Made by a program: the position numbers and the translations under genes. The notes under the pieces were generated by a model, which saw only the letters and a program-made list of their open reading frames with translations, searched no databases and was not told the DNA's origin. Source: an uncultured Verrucomicrobiae bacterium (GTDB taxonomy: Bacteria > Verrucomicrobiota > Verrucomicrobiia > Chthoniobacterales > JAATET01). Taken from it: a stretch of DNA of 64,000 nt. Position 1 is the stretch's first letter; the number at the start of each line of letters is the position of its first letter. Of the stretch, positions 28,235-37,709 are shown piece by piece. The stretch covers positions 448,001 to 512,000 of the forward strand of contig CAVRCI010000002.1 in assembly GCA_963719495.1 (NCBI GenBank), given 5' to 3'.

Positions 28235-29252
28235 ACGGCGCGGGATCGCGGCGGCCGGGAATTGGATTGTCGACCAGGTGAAGATCGTCGACGTGTATCC
28301 GCGGCAGGACGCGCTGGCGAACATCACTGCGATCACGAGGGGGAACGGCGGCGCGGCCTACAATGTGCTCAAGGATCTGGCGCTGTTCGGCGCGGGGTTG
28401 CCGCTGGAGGCGATCGGGCTGCTGGGCGAGGACGCGGCGGGGCGGGAGATCCTCGAGGATTGCCGGGCGCACGGGATCGACGTGGCGCAGTTGCGGACGA
28501 CGGCGGCGGCGCCGACTTCGTTCACGGACGTGATGAACGTTGCGGGGACGGGGCGGCGGACGTTTTTCCATCATCGCGGGGCGAACGCGCTGTTCGATCT
28601 CGATGGATGCGATCTGTCGCGGAGTCGGGCGCGGATTTTTCACCTTGGGTATCTGCTGCTGCTGGATCGGTTGGATCAGCCGTCGGCGGCGCACGGGACG
28701 CGGGCGGCGGAGTTGCTGGCGGCGGCGCGGGCGGCGGGGATGAAGACGTCGATCGACGTGGTGAGCGAGGATGGGCGGCGGTTTGCCGAGGTGGTGACGC
28801 CGGCGTTGCGGCAGACGGATTACTGCATTCTCAATGAGTTCGAGGCGGAGCAAACGACCGGCGTGGGGCTGCGGACGGAGGCGGGGTTGCGGTGGGACGA
28901 ACTGGGGCGGGCGGCGGAGGAGCTGCTGGCGCGGGGGGTGCGCGAGTGGGTGGTGATTCATTTTCCGGAGGGCGCGTTCGCGCGGTCGGCGGCGGGGGAG
29001 GTGGGGTGTCAGGGCAGTCTGCGGCTGCCGGAGGCGTGGATCGCGGGGACGGCGGGCGCGGGCGACGCATTCTGTGCCGGGGTGCTGCTGGGGCTGCACG
29101 AGGGGTGGGCGATGGAGCGGTGTCTGCGGTTTGCGGCGTGCGCGGCGGCGGGGTCGATGCGGGACGTGACGTGCAGCGCGGGGGTGGAGCGAGTGGAGAA
29201 GCTGTGGGAGTTGGAGGCGGAGTTCGGTTGGCGGGACGTGGGGGTTGCTTAA
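28224..29252 (+). CDS. PfkB family carbohydrate kinase
   Basis: GNGGAAYN, RRTFFHHRGAN, ILNEFEA, GTAGAGDAFCAG. Confidence 0.9.
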   Translation: MESERRGIAAAGNWIVDQVKIVDVYPRQDALANITAITRGNGGAAYNVLKDLALFGAGLPLEAIGLLGEDAAGREILEDCRAHGIDVAQLRTTAAAPTSFTDVMNVAGTGRRTFFHHRGANALFDLDGCDLSRSRARIFHLGYLLLLDRLDQPSAAHGTRAAELLAAARAAGMKTSIDVVSEDGRRFAEVVTPALRQTDYCILNEFEAEQTTGVGLRTEAGLRWDELGRAAEELLARGVREWVVIHFPEGAFARSAAGEVGCQGSLRLPEAWIAGTAGAGDAFCAGVLLGLHEGWAMERCLRFAACAAAGSMRDVTCSAGVERVEKLWELEAEFGWRDVGVA

Positions 29253-29273
29253 CGGTTGAGAGCCGAGTCGAGC

Positions 29274-29362
29274 GGCGCGACGTGCGCCCGTGGCGGGTCG
29301 AAGGCTTCGAAAAAGTCAGACAGGATTAACAGGATTTACAGGATGGTCTGAAGTGACTGAGG
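29274..29362 (+). repeat. 89-bp direct repeat, copy 1 (copy 2 at 35990-36078)
   Basis: Aligns with 35990-36078 with 5 mismatches by eye; contains ACAGGATT(A/T) 9-mers. Confidence 0.9.
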
Positions 29363-29533
29363 AAGGATCGAATGCAGACCTGTGGGATGCGCGCTCCCTC
29401 TCAGCAAATCGAGCGACGGCTGATACTTCGCTGATGACTGCCAGCTCGAAAGCAGGGCGTGCGGCGGACTCAATCTTCGAGGTGGATAACGTGCGCGGGG
29501 TGCCGGGGTTGTGGACGCCGATGATGGCGTGGC

Positions 29534-30652
29534 TCACTTGGATCCGCTGGCGGCGGCGTTGACCACCATCGTCCAGCTCGCGAAGCGCTTGGCGTCGCTT
29601 TCGCGTAACTCGAGTGCCAGCGGCATGAGCGAGGGATCGAAGTAGCTGGCATCTTCGAGCAGCGTGATTGCGTCCGTGGGTTCGTAGAGCCGCCCGGTGC
29701 GGTAGGCCTCGATGCCTGCGGCGGCGCGATTGCGGTCGAGTTCGGATTTCGTGTTCACCCATTCCTCATGGGTCTTCGTGCCGTTGGCGTAGGGGACGAC
29801 GTAATTGACGGACTTTTCGAGCGAGGAACCGTTCGGAGATTCCCAAGTGTAGAGATTTTCCCCGTCCGTGCCCTTGACGATCGCCAGCTCGATCACGGGG
29901 CGCAGTCCGCTCGAGTGGTAGGTGAGCGTGTCGCGCCGCTCGAGGTCGAGGCTGCCGCCGTCGGGTCGCAGGCTTTGCGTGACCCAATGTTTGAGACCCG
30001 CGGTGGCCTGCTCCGTCCAATCTTTCCGGTCGAGGATGCGCCCGCAAATGGCGACGATCCGCACCGACTTCGTGTAGAGGTTCGTCATGATGTCGGCGGC
30101 CTCGACGGCGTCGGCGTGCCGCTTTCCGATCTCCTCGATCCACGCGTCGATGCGCTGGCGGTCCGCGTCGTCGAAGGTCGACCGCAGCGCCGCGTAGGCG
30201 GTGGAGAGCGGGTAGAGCTTGTTCTCGTTCACGTCGTTGCCGGTGGGTTCGTAGGTGGCGGCCCAGGCCGTGATCAGACCGCGGAGCGCCTGCGCGGCGC
30301 GCGGGTCGTCGCTGGCCTGCCAATACTGCGTGAGGATCGCGACGTCGCTCATTTGCCGGACCTTCGCGACGGTGGCGATGCGCTTGGGGTCGGTGTTCAG
30401 CAGTCCCTGGTAGTTGATTTTCTTCAGGGGTGTCGGCTCGATCTCCAGCAGTGGGGCGGCCCGTTGCTTCAATTCGGCGTAGAGCGCCGCCGCTTCGGGA
30501 TCGGTTTTGACCAACTCCCGCAGGTTCGCGATCTGGGTCGAGTCCAGGGGTAGGGTTCGCTCGATGGAGAATTCGCCGGCGTCCCCGGGACTGGCGGCGT
30601 GGAGGGAGGCACCGAGGAGGGCGAGGATGAGAAGGATGCGGCGTGGGATCAT
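29534..30652 (-). CDS. Alginate-lyase-family (alpha/alpha barrel) secreted protein, paralog 2
   Basis: Signal peptide; PTGNDVNENKL, DLERRDTLTYH, HEEWVN; close paralog of 30694-31803. Confidence 0.75.
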   Translation of the reverse strand: MIPRRILLILALLGASLHAASPGDAGEFSIERTLPLDSTQIANLRELVKTDPEAAALYAELKQRAAPLLEIEPTPLKKINYQGLLNTDPKRIATVAKVRQMSDVAILTQYWQASDDPRAAQALRGLITAWAATYEPTGNDVNENKLYPLSTAYAALRSTFDDADRQRIDAWIEEIGKRHADAVEAADIMTNLYTKSVRIVAICGRILDRKDWTEQATAGLKHWVTQSLRPDGGSLDLERRDTLTYHSSGLRPVIELAIVKGTDGENLYTWESPNGSSLEKSVNYVVPYANGTKTHEEWVNTKSELDRNRAAAGIEAYRTGRLYEPTDAITLLEDASYFDPSLMPLALELRESDAKRFASWTMVVNAAASGSK

Positions 30653-30693
30653 GATTTTGTGAGTTGGGGGTTCGTTTGGCGGATGTTCACCGG

Positions 30694-31803
30694 CTATTGG
30701 TTCGCGGCGGCGTTGACGACCATCGTCCAGCTGGCGAAGCGCTTGGCGTCGCTGTCGCGGAGCGCGAGCGCGAGGGGCATGAGCTTGGGGTCGAAGTAGC
30801 TGGCTTCCTCGATGAGCCTCAGCGCGCTTTTGGGTTCGTAAAGTCGACCGGTGCGGTATTCCTCGAGACCCGCCGCGGCGCGTTGGCGATCGAGTTCGAC
30901 CGTGGTGTTCACCCACTCTTGGCGGGTTTTCGAGCCGTCGGCGTAGGGCACGACGTAATCGACGGATTTCTCGAGCGAGGCCCCGTTCGGCGATTCCCAG
31001 GCGTAGAGGCCGGGTCCGTCCGCGCCCGAGACGACGGCCAGCTCGATCATCGGGCGGAGGGCGCTGCTGTGGTAGGTGAGAGTGTCGCGCCGCTCCAGAT
31101 CGAGGCTGGTGCCATCGGAGCGCAGGCTTTGGGTGACGAAATTCTTCAGGCCCGCGATGGCCTGCTCGGTCCAGTCCTTCCGACCGAGGATGCGACCAAA
31201 CAGGGCGACCATGCGCACCGATTTCGTGTAGCGGTTGGTCACGAAATCCGACTCCCGGACGGTCTCCGCGTGGCGTTCTCCGATGTCGCTGATCCACGCG
31301 TCGATGAGTTGACGGTCCGCGTCGTCGAAGGACTCCCGCAGCGCCGCGTAGGCGGTGAAGAGCGGGTAGAGTTTGTTCTCGTTCACGTCGTTGCCGGTGG
31401 GTTCGTAGGTGGCGGCCCAGGCCGTGATCAGGCGGCGCAGCGCTTCCGCCGCGCGCGGGTCGTCGCTGGCCTGCCAATACTGCACGAGAATGGCGGCGTC
31501 GCCCATTTGACGGACTTTCTCGACGCTGGCGATCCGCTTCGGATCGGTGTTCACCAAGCCCTCGTAGTCGATCTTCTTCACCGGGGTGGGGACGACGTCG
31601 AGCAGGGGCACGGCTTTCGTTGCGAGTTCCGCAAAAAGCGCGGCCGCTTCCGGATCGCTCTCGACCAGCTCGCGCAGCCGATCGCGTTGCTCCGGGTCGA
31701 GCGGCACGGTGCGTTCGATGGAAAATTCGCCCGGGCCAACCGCGCGGAGGTGCGCGGGGAGGAGACCGAGGATGCCGAACAGGGCGAGGTGGAGGATTTT
31801 CAT
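30694..31803 (-). CDS. Alginate-lyase-family secreted protein, paralog 1
   Basis: Signal peptide; PTGNDVNENKL, DLERRDTLTYH motifs. Confidence 0.75.
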   Translation of the reverse strand: MKILHLALFGILGLLPAHLRAVGPGEFSIERTVPLDPEQRDRLRELVESDPEAAALFAELATKAVPLLDVVPTPVKKIDYEGLVNTDPKRIASVEKVRQMGDAAILVQYWQASDDPRAAEALRRLITAWAATYEPTGNDVNENKLYPLFTAYAALRESFDDADRQLIDAWISDIGERHAETVRESDFVTNRYTKSVRMVALFGRILGRKDWTEQAIAGLKNFVTQSLRSDGTSLDLERRDTLTYHSSALRPMIELAVVSGADGPGLYAWESPNGASLEKSVDYVVPYADGSKTRQEWVNTTVELDRQRAAAGLEEYRTGRLYEPKSALRLIEEASYFDPKLMPLALALRDSDAKRFASWTMVVNAAANQ

Positions 31804-32011
31804 GTCGCGACGCTAGCAACTTTTTTTTACGAATTCGAGGAATGCGGCATCGCCACGGCAGACATGCTGGAAAAGCTTGATTCGAGAGGGAAATTGCTGG
31901 CTTCTCTGACCCGGCGGCGGGGCGCTTCGGCGATCATTCGGACGATCTTGGATCTCCGCTGGCGACGCTCGAGGTTCGTAACCGTCTCCCGATCTTCCTC
32001 CCAATTTCATA

Positions 32012-33271
32012 ATGGCCCTCCGCATTGCATTGCTCCTCGCGCTCGCCGTTCTCGGCGGGTGCCAGCGGGCGGACGACGGGGTGGTGCATCTGCAGTTTTC
32101 GATTTGGGGGTCGCCGCTTCGGCAGGAGGTCGAGCGGTCGATCGTGGCGGAGTTCGAGCGGACGCATCCCAACGTGAAGATCGACCTGCTGGCGATTGGC
32201 TCGCGCTACGGCGAGAAGTTGCAGGCGATGATGGTCGGGAACGTCGCGCCGGACATCATCATGGTCGAGATGGTGCAGAGCTTCGAGTGGGCGTCGCGCG
32301 GGGTGCTGCTCGATCTGACGGACGACATGCGGGCGATCACGGCCGACGAGACGTTGATGCCGATCCCGGCGAAGGCGTTTGGGCACGGCGGGCGGTTTTA
32401 TTCGCTGCCGGTGAATTGCCACGGCTACGTCATGTATTACAACGAGGATGCGTTGGCGCGGGCGGGGGTGGAGCTTCCGACCGGAGGGGCGACGTGGGAT
32501 TGGATCGAGAGCGTGGCACCGAGGTTGTCCCGGCGCAACGGCGACCCGGACGCGCCGACCGACTACGCGCTGCTGCTGCCGCCGCCGTTCATTTTTTTCT
32601 GGCAGCACGGGGCCTCGCTCTTCGACGACGCTTTCGCACCCACCCGGGTCACCGTCAACTCGCCGGAGAGTGCGGCGGCCATCGAGTTCCTGCGGCGGAT
32701 GGAAGCCAGCGGATACGCCGTGCCGCCCGACGTGGTGAGTGAACAAGGCACCTACGAGTTATTCCGCGACGGTCGGGTGGCCTTTTTTTTCACCGGGCGG
32801 TCGGCGACGACCGATCTATACGGCAACACGGATTTCGAATGGGATGTCGCGCCCATGCCCGCGGGCCCGGTTTCCGGGATGACGATGCACGGCGGAACGG
32901 GGCTGGCCGTTTCGCGCGGATCGAGGCATCCCGAGGAGGCGCGTGAGTTCGTGCGATTCTTTGCGTCGCGGCGGGGAGCGGAGATCGCGATGCGGGGGCG
33001 GCGTTACGTGCCGGTCTTCCGCGATCTGGCCTACGGTCCGGAATTTCTCGCGCTGCGCCCGCCGGAGTCGGTCCGCGTCTATTCCGAGACGATGGAAGCC
33101 GGCGCGGCGGAGACGGTGCTCTACGCGCCGGGCGCGGAGGCGGTGGCCAACATTTTCTACGGGCGCATGCAGCAGGCGATGAGCCAGCCCGAACTGCCCG
33201 CGAGTCAGGTGCTGAAGGGCATGGAAGAGGACTTGCAGCGGTGGCTCGACCGGAGGAACGCACGGCGATGA
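32012..33271 (+). CDS. Sugar ABC transporter substrate-binding lipoprotein
   Basis: LGGC lipobox, FERTHPNVKI, YYNED, FRDGRVAF, WDVAPMP. Confidence 0.9.
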   Translation: MALRIALLLALAVLGGCQRADDGVVHLQFSIWGSPLRQEVERSIVAEFERTHPNVKIDLLAIGSRYGEKLQAMMVGNVAPDIIMVEMVQSFEWASRGVLLDLTDDMRAITADETLMPIPAKAFGHGGRFYSLPVNCHGYVMYYNEDALARAGVELPTGGATWDWIESVAPRLSRRNGDPDAPTDYALLLPPPFIFFWQHGASLFDDAFAPTRVTVNSPESAAAIEFLRRMEASGYAVPPDVVSEQGTYELFRDGRVAFFFTGRSATTDLYGNTDFEWDVAPMPAGPVSGMTMHGGTGLAVSRGSRHPEEAREFVRFFASRRGAEIAMRGRRYVPVFRDLAYGPEFLALRPPESVRVYSETMEAGAAETVLYAPGAEAVANIFYGRMQQAMSQPELPASQVLKGMEEDLQRWLDRRNARR

Positions 33272-34185
33272 ACGCGAAACCTCCCGGTCAGCGGCAGGAA
33301 ACGACCGCAGCTCTTTGCTTCCTGCTGCCGAACCTCATCGGCTTTCTGCTCTTCACGGCGTGGCCGGTCGTCGCCTCGCTCGGGCTTAGCTTCACGTCGT
33401 GGGATCTGCTCACGCCGCCGCGCTGGGTCGGGCTGGATAATTACGTCGAGTTGCTCGGATTCCACCAGTCGGCGGAGGGCCTGCGCGCGAACGATCCGAA
33501 CTTCTGGAAATATCTCGGCAACACCCTTTTTCTCATGCTCGTGATCCCGGTGAACATGGCGGGATCGCTCGCGCTGGCGCTGGCGCTGAACCGGAAAATC
33601 CGCTTCTCCCACTTCTATCGCGTGATTTTTTTCCTCCCCAGCATCCTCGCGGGCGTGGCGATCTTCTACCTGTGGCGTTGGATGTATAACCCGGACTTCG
33701 GGTTGATCAACGCGGCCCTCGCGGGGCTCGGCATCGAAGGGCCGCGCTGGCTCGTCGATCCGTTTTGGGCCAAGCCGGCGCTGATGATGATGAGCGTCTG
33801 GCTGGGCGTGGGCGGCGGCAGCATGATCCTGGATCTCGCCGCGCTCCAGGGTGTGCCGCAGGAACTCTACGAGGCGGCGGAGATCGATGGCGCCGGTGCG
33901 TGGCGGAAATTCTGGGTCGTCACCTGGCCGTCGGTCATGCCGGTGACGTTTTTCATCTTCACGATGGCGCTGATCGGCGGGTTCCAGTCCGGCTTCGACA
34001 TGGCCTACATCATGACGGGGGGCGGTCCGTTTGGCAGCACCACCACGATCGGCTATTACATTTACACCAAGGCCTACGTGTTTTTCGAAATGGGCTACGC
34101 GTCCGCCGTGGCCTACGTCCTCTTCGTGATCGTTCTTGGGGTCACGCTCCTGAGCTGGAAACGCGGAGGGCACCAACTCCAATGA
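33268..34185 (+). CDS. Sugar ABC transporter permease
   Basis: FLLPNLIGFL, VGLDNY, EAA loop LYEAAEIDGA, MGYASA. Confidence 0.92.
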   Translation: MNAKPPGQRQETTAALCFLLPNLIGFLLFTAWPVVASLGLSFTSWDLLTPPRWVGLDNYVELLGFHQSAEGLRANDPNFWKYLGNTLFLMLVIPVNMAGSLALALALNRKIRFSHFYRVIFFLPSILAGVAIFYLWRWMYNPDFGLINAALAGLGIEGPRWLVDPFWAKPALMMMSVWLGVGGGSMILDLAALQGVPQELYEAAEIDGAGAWRKFWVVTWPSVMPVTFFIFTMALIGGFQSGFDMAYIMTGGGPFGSTTTIGYYIYTKAYVFFEMGYASAVAYVLFVIVLGVTLLSWKRGGHQLQ

Positions 34186-35105
34186 AAGCCGGACTCCGCT
34201 GGCTCTGGCACGTGCCGCTCGTGCTGCTGGGCATCACCTTCCTGTTGCCGCTCGCCTTCATGTTCGCCACGGCGCTCGCGAAGCCGGGGGAGGCGATGGG
34301 GGCGGCCGATTCGCTCGCCGCGATGATCTGGCCGCAGTCGTGGGAGTGGGGGAACTTCGCGGAGGTCTGGCGGGTCGTCCCGTTCCTGCGCTATTACATC
34401 AACAGCCTCGTCGTGGCTCTTGTCGTGACGTGCGGGCAGGTCTTCACCAGCGCCTGCGCCGCTTACGCCTTCTCGCGGCTGCGCTGGCCGGGCCGGGACA
34501 AACTTTTTCTCGCCTACCTCGCGACCATGATGGTGCCGCACTCGGTCACGATGCTGCCGAATTTTGTCGCCATGAAGATCCTGCCGGAATGGCTCGCCGC
34601 CGTCTTGCCGGGCATCGACTGGATGGCGATGCGCTACCTCGGGACGGGGCCGGACGCGATCCCGATCGGGCGGCTCGTCGGGCTGGATTCGTATTTTGCG
34701 CTCACCGTGCCCGGGATGTTCTCGGCCTACGGCACGTTCCTGCTGCGGCAGTTTTTCCTCGGACTTCCGAGGGAACTCGACGAGGCGGCGACGATCGATG
34801 GGTGCAGCTATTGGCAGACGTTTTGCCGGGTCATCCTCCCGCTCGCGCTGCCGGGCTTGGCGACGCTCACTATCTTCACGTTCATGGGTGTCTGGGGTTC
34901 GTTTCTCTGGCCGCTTGTCGTGACGAACCAGGAATTCCTGCGCGTGCTGCCCGTCGGTTTGCAGGCGTTTCAGGGTCAATACGGCACGGAGTGGCACCTC
35001 ATGATGGCGGCGGCTCTGCTGATGCTTTTGCCGATCGTAGGGATCTTCCTGGCGGGCCAACGCTTCTTCGTCTCCGGTCTCACCGTCGGAGCGGTGAAAG
35101 GCTGA
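34182..35105 (+). CDS. Sugar ABC transporter permease
   Basis: AAYAFSRL, FLLRQFF, LDEAATIDG, FLWPLVV, TVGAVKG. Confidence 0.92.
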   Translation: MKAGLRWLWHVPLVLLGITFLLPLAFMFATALAKPGEAMGAADSLAAMIWPQSWEWGNFAEVWRVVPFLRYYINSLVVALVVTCGQVFTSACAAYAFSRLRWPGRDKLFLAYLATMMVPHSVTMLPNFVAMKILPEWLAAVLPGIDWMAMRYLGTGPDAIPIGRLVGLDSYFALTVPGMFSAYGTFLLRQFFLGLPRELDEAATIDGCSYWQTFCRVILPLALPGLATLTIFTFMGVWGSFLWPLVVTNQEFLRVLPVGLQAFQGQYGTEWHLMMAAALLMLLPIVGIFLAGQRFFVSGLTVGAVKG

Positions 35106-35115
35106 GGGCGCTCCA

Positions 35116-35248
35116 CGGGGGGAGGGGTTTCACAAGGCGTTGGTGGGGAAATTGCACCGTCACGCGGGGTTGCCTCGCCGGGATCTGGTGGGGGACGTGG
35201 CGGGGACGCGGGCGTTGGCTTTCGATGACGTGATGGAGGTGAGCGGGA
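35116..35248 (+). pseudogene. Decayed 133-bp internal fragment of the sulfatase gene at 36300-37709
   Basis: Colinear with 36561-36693 (ALVGKLHRHAGL..GDVMEV) with scattered substitutions. Confidence 0.85.
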
Positions 35249-35365
35249 TTGCCGGATGGGCGTCGGTCGCGCCATACTTCGGCGATGACTGAAGGCGTTT
35301 CCCGAGGTATTAGAACCTTCCCTTCGCACGGTGAGACCCTCGCGCCGCGGGCACTTGGCTAATAC

Positions 35366-35869
35366 ATGGAAGCGACGATCCGCATTCTGAACGAACTGGA
35401 GCGTGAGGGCGTGATCCATCGCTACGCCATCGGCGGTGCGGTTGGCGCGATCTTCTACATGGAGCCGTTCCTCACCTACGATCTCGACGTGTTTGTCGTC
35501 CTGCCGGAGACGGCGGGCGGACTTGTCACGTTGACGCCAATTTACGAGGCCTTGCGCGCGCGGGGTTGCGAGGCCGAGGGCGAATGCGTGATGGTGGCCG
35601 GGATGCCGGTGCAGTTTTTGCCCGCCCACAACGCTCTGCTGGAGGAGGCGCTGGCCGGGGCGCGGGAAACGCGCTACGACGATGTCCCGGTGCGCGTTCT
35701 GCAACCGGAGCATTTGGCGGCGATCATGCTGCAGACGGGCCGGGCCAAGGATCGTCAGCGGTTCGATACCTTTCTGAAGGAAGCGCCGTTGGACGACGAG
35801 TCGTTGCGGGAGGTGTTGAAGCGGCACGCGTTGGCGGATAGATACCAGCAATGGACGAAAGCGAACTAG
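35366..35869 (+). CDS. Nucleotidyltransferase-fold protein
   Basis: YAIGGAVG..TYDLDVFV (GG..DxD) and GRAKD; overlaps a small downstream gene. Confidence 0.7.
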   Translation: MEATIRILNELEREGVIHRYAIGGAVGAIFYMEPFLTYDLDVFVVLPETAGGLVTLTPIYEALRARGCEAEGECVMVAGMPVQFLPAHNALLEEALAGARETRYDDVPVRVLQPEHLAAIMLQTGRAKDRQRFDTFLKEAPLDDESLREVLKRHALADRYQQWTKAN

Positions 35870-36045
35870 ACCGCCTGCTCGCGGGTAAGGAGGCTCGCCG
35901 CCATCGATTGGCCCGGGTGCCGATCGAGGAAAAATTGCGCGCCGTCGTACGCCTGCAGGAGATCGCCGCGCCGATTCTTCGCGCTCGCGGGCGCGACGTG
36001 CGTCCGTGGCGGATCGAAGCCTTCGAAAGAGTCAGACAGGATTAA
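35851..36045 (+). CDS. Small helical protein, partner of the nucleotidyltransferase (possible toxin-antitoxin-like pair)
   Basis: 64 aa, overlaps the upstream gene by 19 nt, KEARRHRLARVPIEEKLRAVVRLQE. Confidence 0.6.
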   Translation: MDESELDRLLAGKEARRHRLARVPIEEKLRAVVRLQEIAAPILRARGRDVRPWRIEAFERVRQD

Positions 36046-36078
36046 CAGGATTTACAGGATGGTCTGAAGGGACTGAGG
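35990..36078 (+). repeat. 89-bp direct repeat, copy 2
   Basis: Matches 29274-29362. Confidence 0.9.
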
Positions 36079-36208
36079 GAAGGTTGAGCGTTCAAATGTG
36101 AGATGAGTGGCCCGGCTTCGGTGAATGAAATCCAATCCTGTTCACCTGTAAATTGCCTTTCAGGCTGTCTCCGCTGCGCTCCGGCTCTGTCTATTTTGGG
36201 TTTTTGAT

Positions 36209-36222
36209 TAACGGCTTATAAT
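36209..36222 (+). promoter_or_regulatory. Candidate LacI operator TAACGGCTTA overlapping a TATAAT -10 box
   Basis: TAACGGCTTATAATGCG about 80 nt upstream of the sulfatase start. Confidence 0.65.
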
Positions 36223-36299
36223 GCGAATTCGCCTGTCAGCTTGTCGGCGAGCGGGGTCGCGAGCTATGACTCTCCGGTGAAAATCGTGGAGGAGCGCGG

Positions 36300-37709
36300 G
36301 TGAACATTCTTTTTCTGACGATCGATCAGCACCGGTGGGACTTCGTCGAGGGGGGCGGGGTGCCGGGATTGCGGACGCCGACGATGGCACGGCTGCGGGC
36401 GGAGGGGACGACGTTTCCCAACGCGTTGAGCAATTGCCCGGTGTGCATGCCGACGCGGTTCACGTGGATGCACGGGCTGTATGCGAGTCAGGCTTCGGCG
36501 GGGTTGCTGGAGAACGCGGCGGACTGGCCGACGGGGTTGCCGACGCTGCCGGGGGTGCTGCGGGGGGCGGGGTATCGCACGGCGCTGGTGGGGAAATTGC
36601 ACCGTCACGCGGGGCTGGCTCGCCGGGATCTGGTGGCGGACGTGGCGGGGACGCGGGCGTTGGGTTTCGGTGACGTGATGGAGGTGGGCGGGAAATCGTT
36701 GGCGCTTTGGTATGACTGCAATTGGACGCGGCACCTGCGGGAGCGGGGCGGGTGGGGGGATTACGTGCGGGACGTGGTGGCGCGGGGGGATGAATTCGGG
36801 CAGTCGCGCAGCGGGCCGGCGTCGGTGCTGCGGGAGGAGGATTCGATGGACGCGTTCGTGGCGGGGCGGGCGTGCGCGTGGCTGGAGAATTACGCGGAGG
36901 AGCGGCCGTTTTATCTGCACGCGTCCTTGTGCGGGCCGCACTTTCCCGTGGATCCGCCGGAGCGGTTCGCGGCGCGCTACGAGGCGGAGGCCATGCCGCC
37001 GCCGGAGGGGGTCGACGATCCGGAGAAGGTGCGGGCGTGGCGGCGGCGGCGGGCGGGCTACGCGGCGTTGGTGGAGCACGTGGATTTCGAGTTGGGGCGA
37101 ATCCTCGACGCGCTGGAGCGGTCGGGTCGGGCGGGGGAGACGCTGGTCGTCTTCGGGTCGGACCACGGGGAGATGATCGGGCACCGGGATCGGGCGAACA
37201 AGGGAACGCCTTACGAAACGTCGGTGCGCACGCCGGTGACGTTCCGGCTGCCGGGGCGGATTCCGGCTGGGCGGGTGGTGGAGGATTTGTTGGAGGCGGT
37301 GGATCTGCCGCTGACGATGGCGGAGGCGGCGGGGATCGCGGAGCCGGGTGGGAGATTTCGGAATACGCCGGGCCGCTCGGCTTGGGCGCGGGTGACGGGG
37401 ACGGCGACCGAGCCGGTGCGGACGCACGGCTACAGCGAGGCCGGTGTGGGGGAGCGGGCGTGGCGTTCGTGCCGGGATGGCCGGTATAAGCTGGTCGTGC
37501 GGGGGGACGGAGCGGATGAGCTTTACGATTTGGAGGGCGACCCGTGGGAGCTGGCGAATCGGATCGACGATCCGGCGTTGGCGGAGGTGCGCGGGGGTCT
37601 GCGGGCGGAGCTGTTGCGGACGATGGCGCGGTGCCTGGTCGCGGTGGAGCGGGGCGAGCGATTGACGCGGGACGATTGGTGGCGGGCGGAGCTGGGGCTC
37701 GGCGGGTGA
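36300..37709 (+). CDS. Formylglycine-type sulfatase
   Basis: NILFLTIDQHR, CMPTR (CxPxR), GKLH, SDHGE, ELYDLEGDPWE; no obvious signal peptide. Confidence 0.9.
   Translation: MNILFLTIDQHRWDFVEGGGVPGLRTPTMARLRAEGTTFPNALSNCPVCMPTRFTWMHGLYASQASAGLLENAADWPTGLPTLPGVLRGAGYRTALVGKLHRHAGLARRDLVADVAGTRALGFGDVMEVGGKSLALWYDCNWTRHLRERGGWGDYVRDVVARGDEFGQSRSGPASVLREEDSMDAFVAGRACAWLENYAEERPFYLHASLCGPHFPVDPPERFAARYEAEAMPPPEGVDDPEKVRAWRRRRAGYAALVEHVDFELGRILDALERSGRAGETLVVFGSDHGEMIGHRDRANKGTPYETSVRTPVTFRLPGRIPAGRVVEDLLEAVDLPLTMAEAAGIAEPGGRFRNTPGRSAWARVTGTATEPVRTHGYSEAGVGERAWRSCRDGRYKLVVRGDGADELYDLEGDPWELANRIDDPALAEVRGGLRAELLRTMARCLVAVERGERLTRDDWWRAELGLGG

Noticed and set aside
29250..29259. Further operator copy TAACGGTTGA (also TAAGCCGATA near 62310)
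   Set aside because: Mismatched, and placed after a stop between convergent genes or inside lacI; not counted
29534..31819. 761-aa ORF spanning both lyases
   Set aside because: The upstream part is an alternative frame of paralog 1; paralog 2 has its own start and signal peptide at 30652
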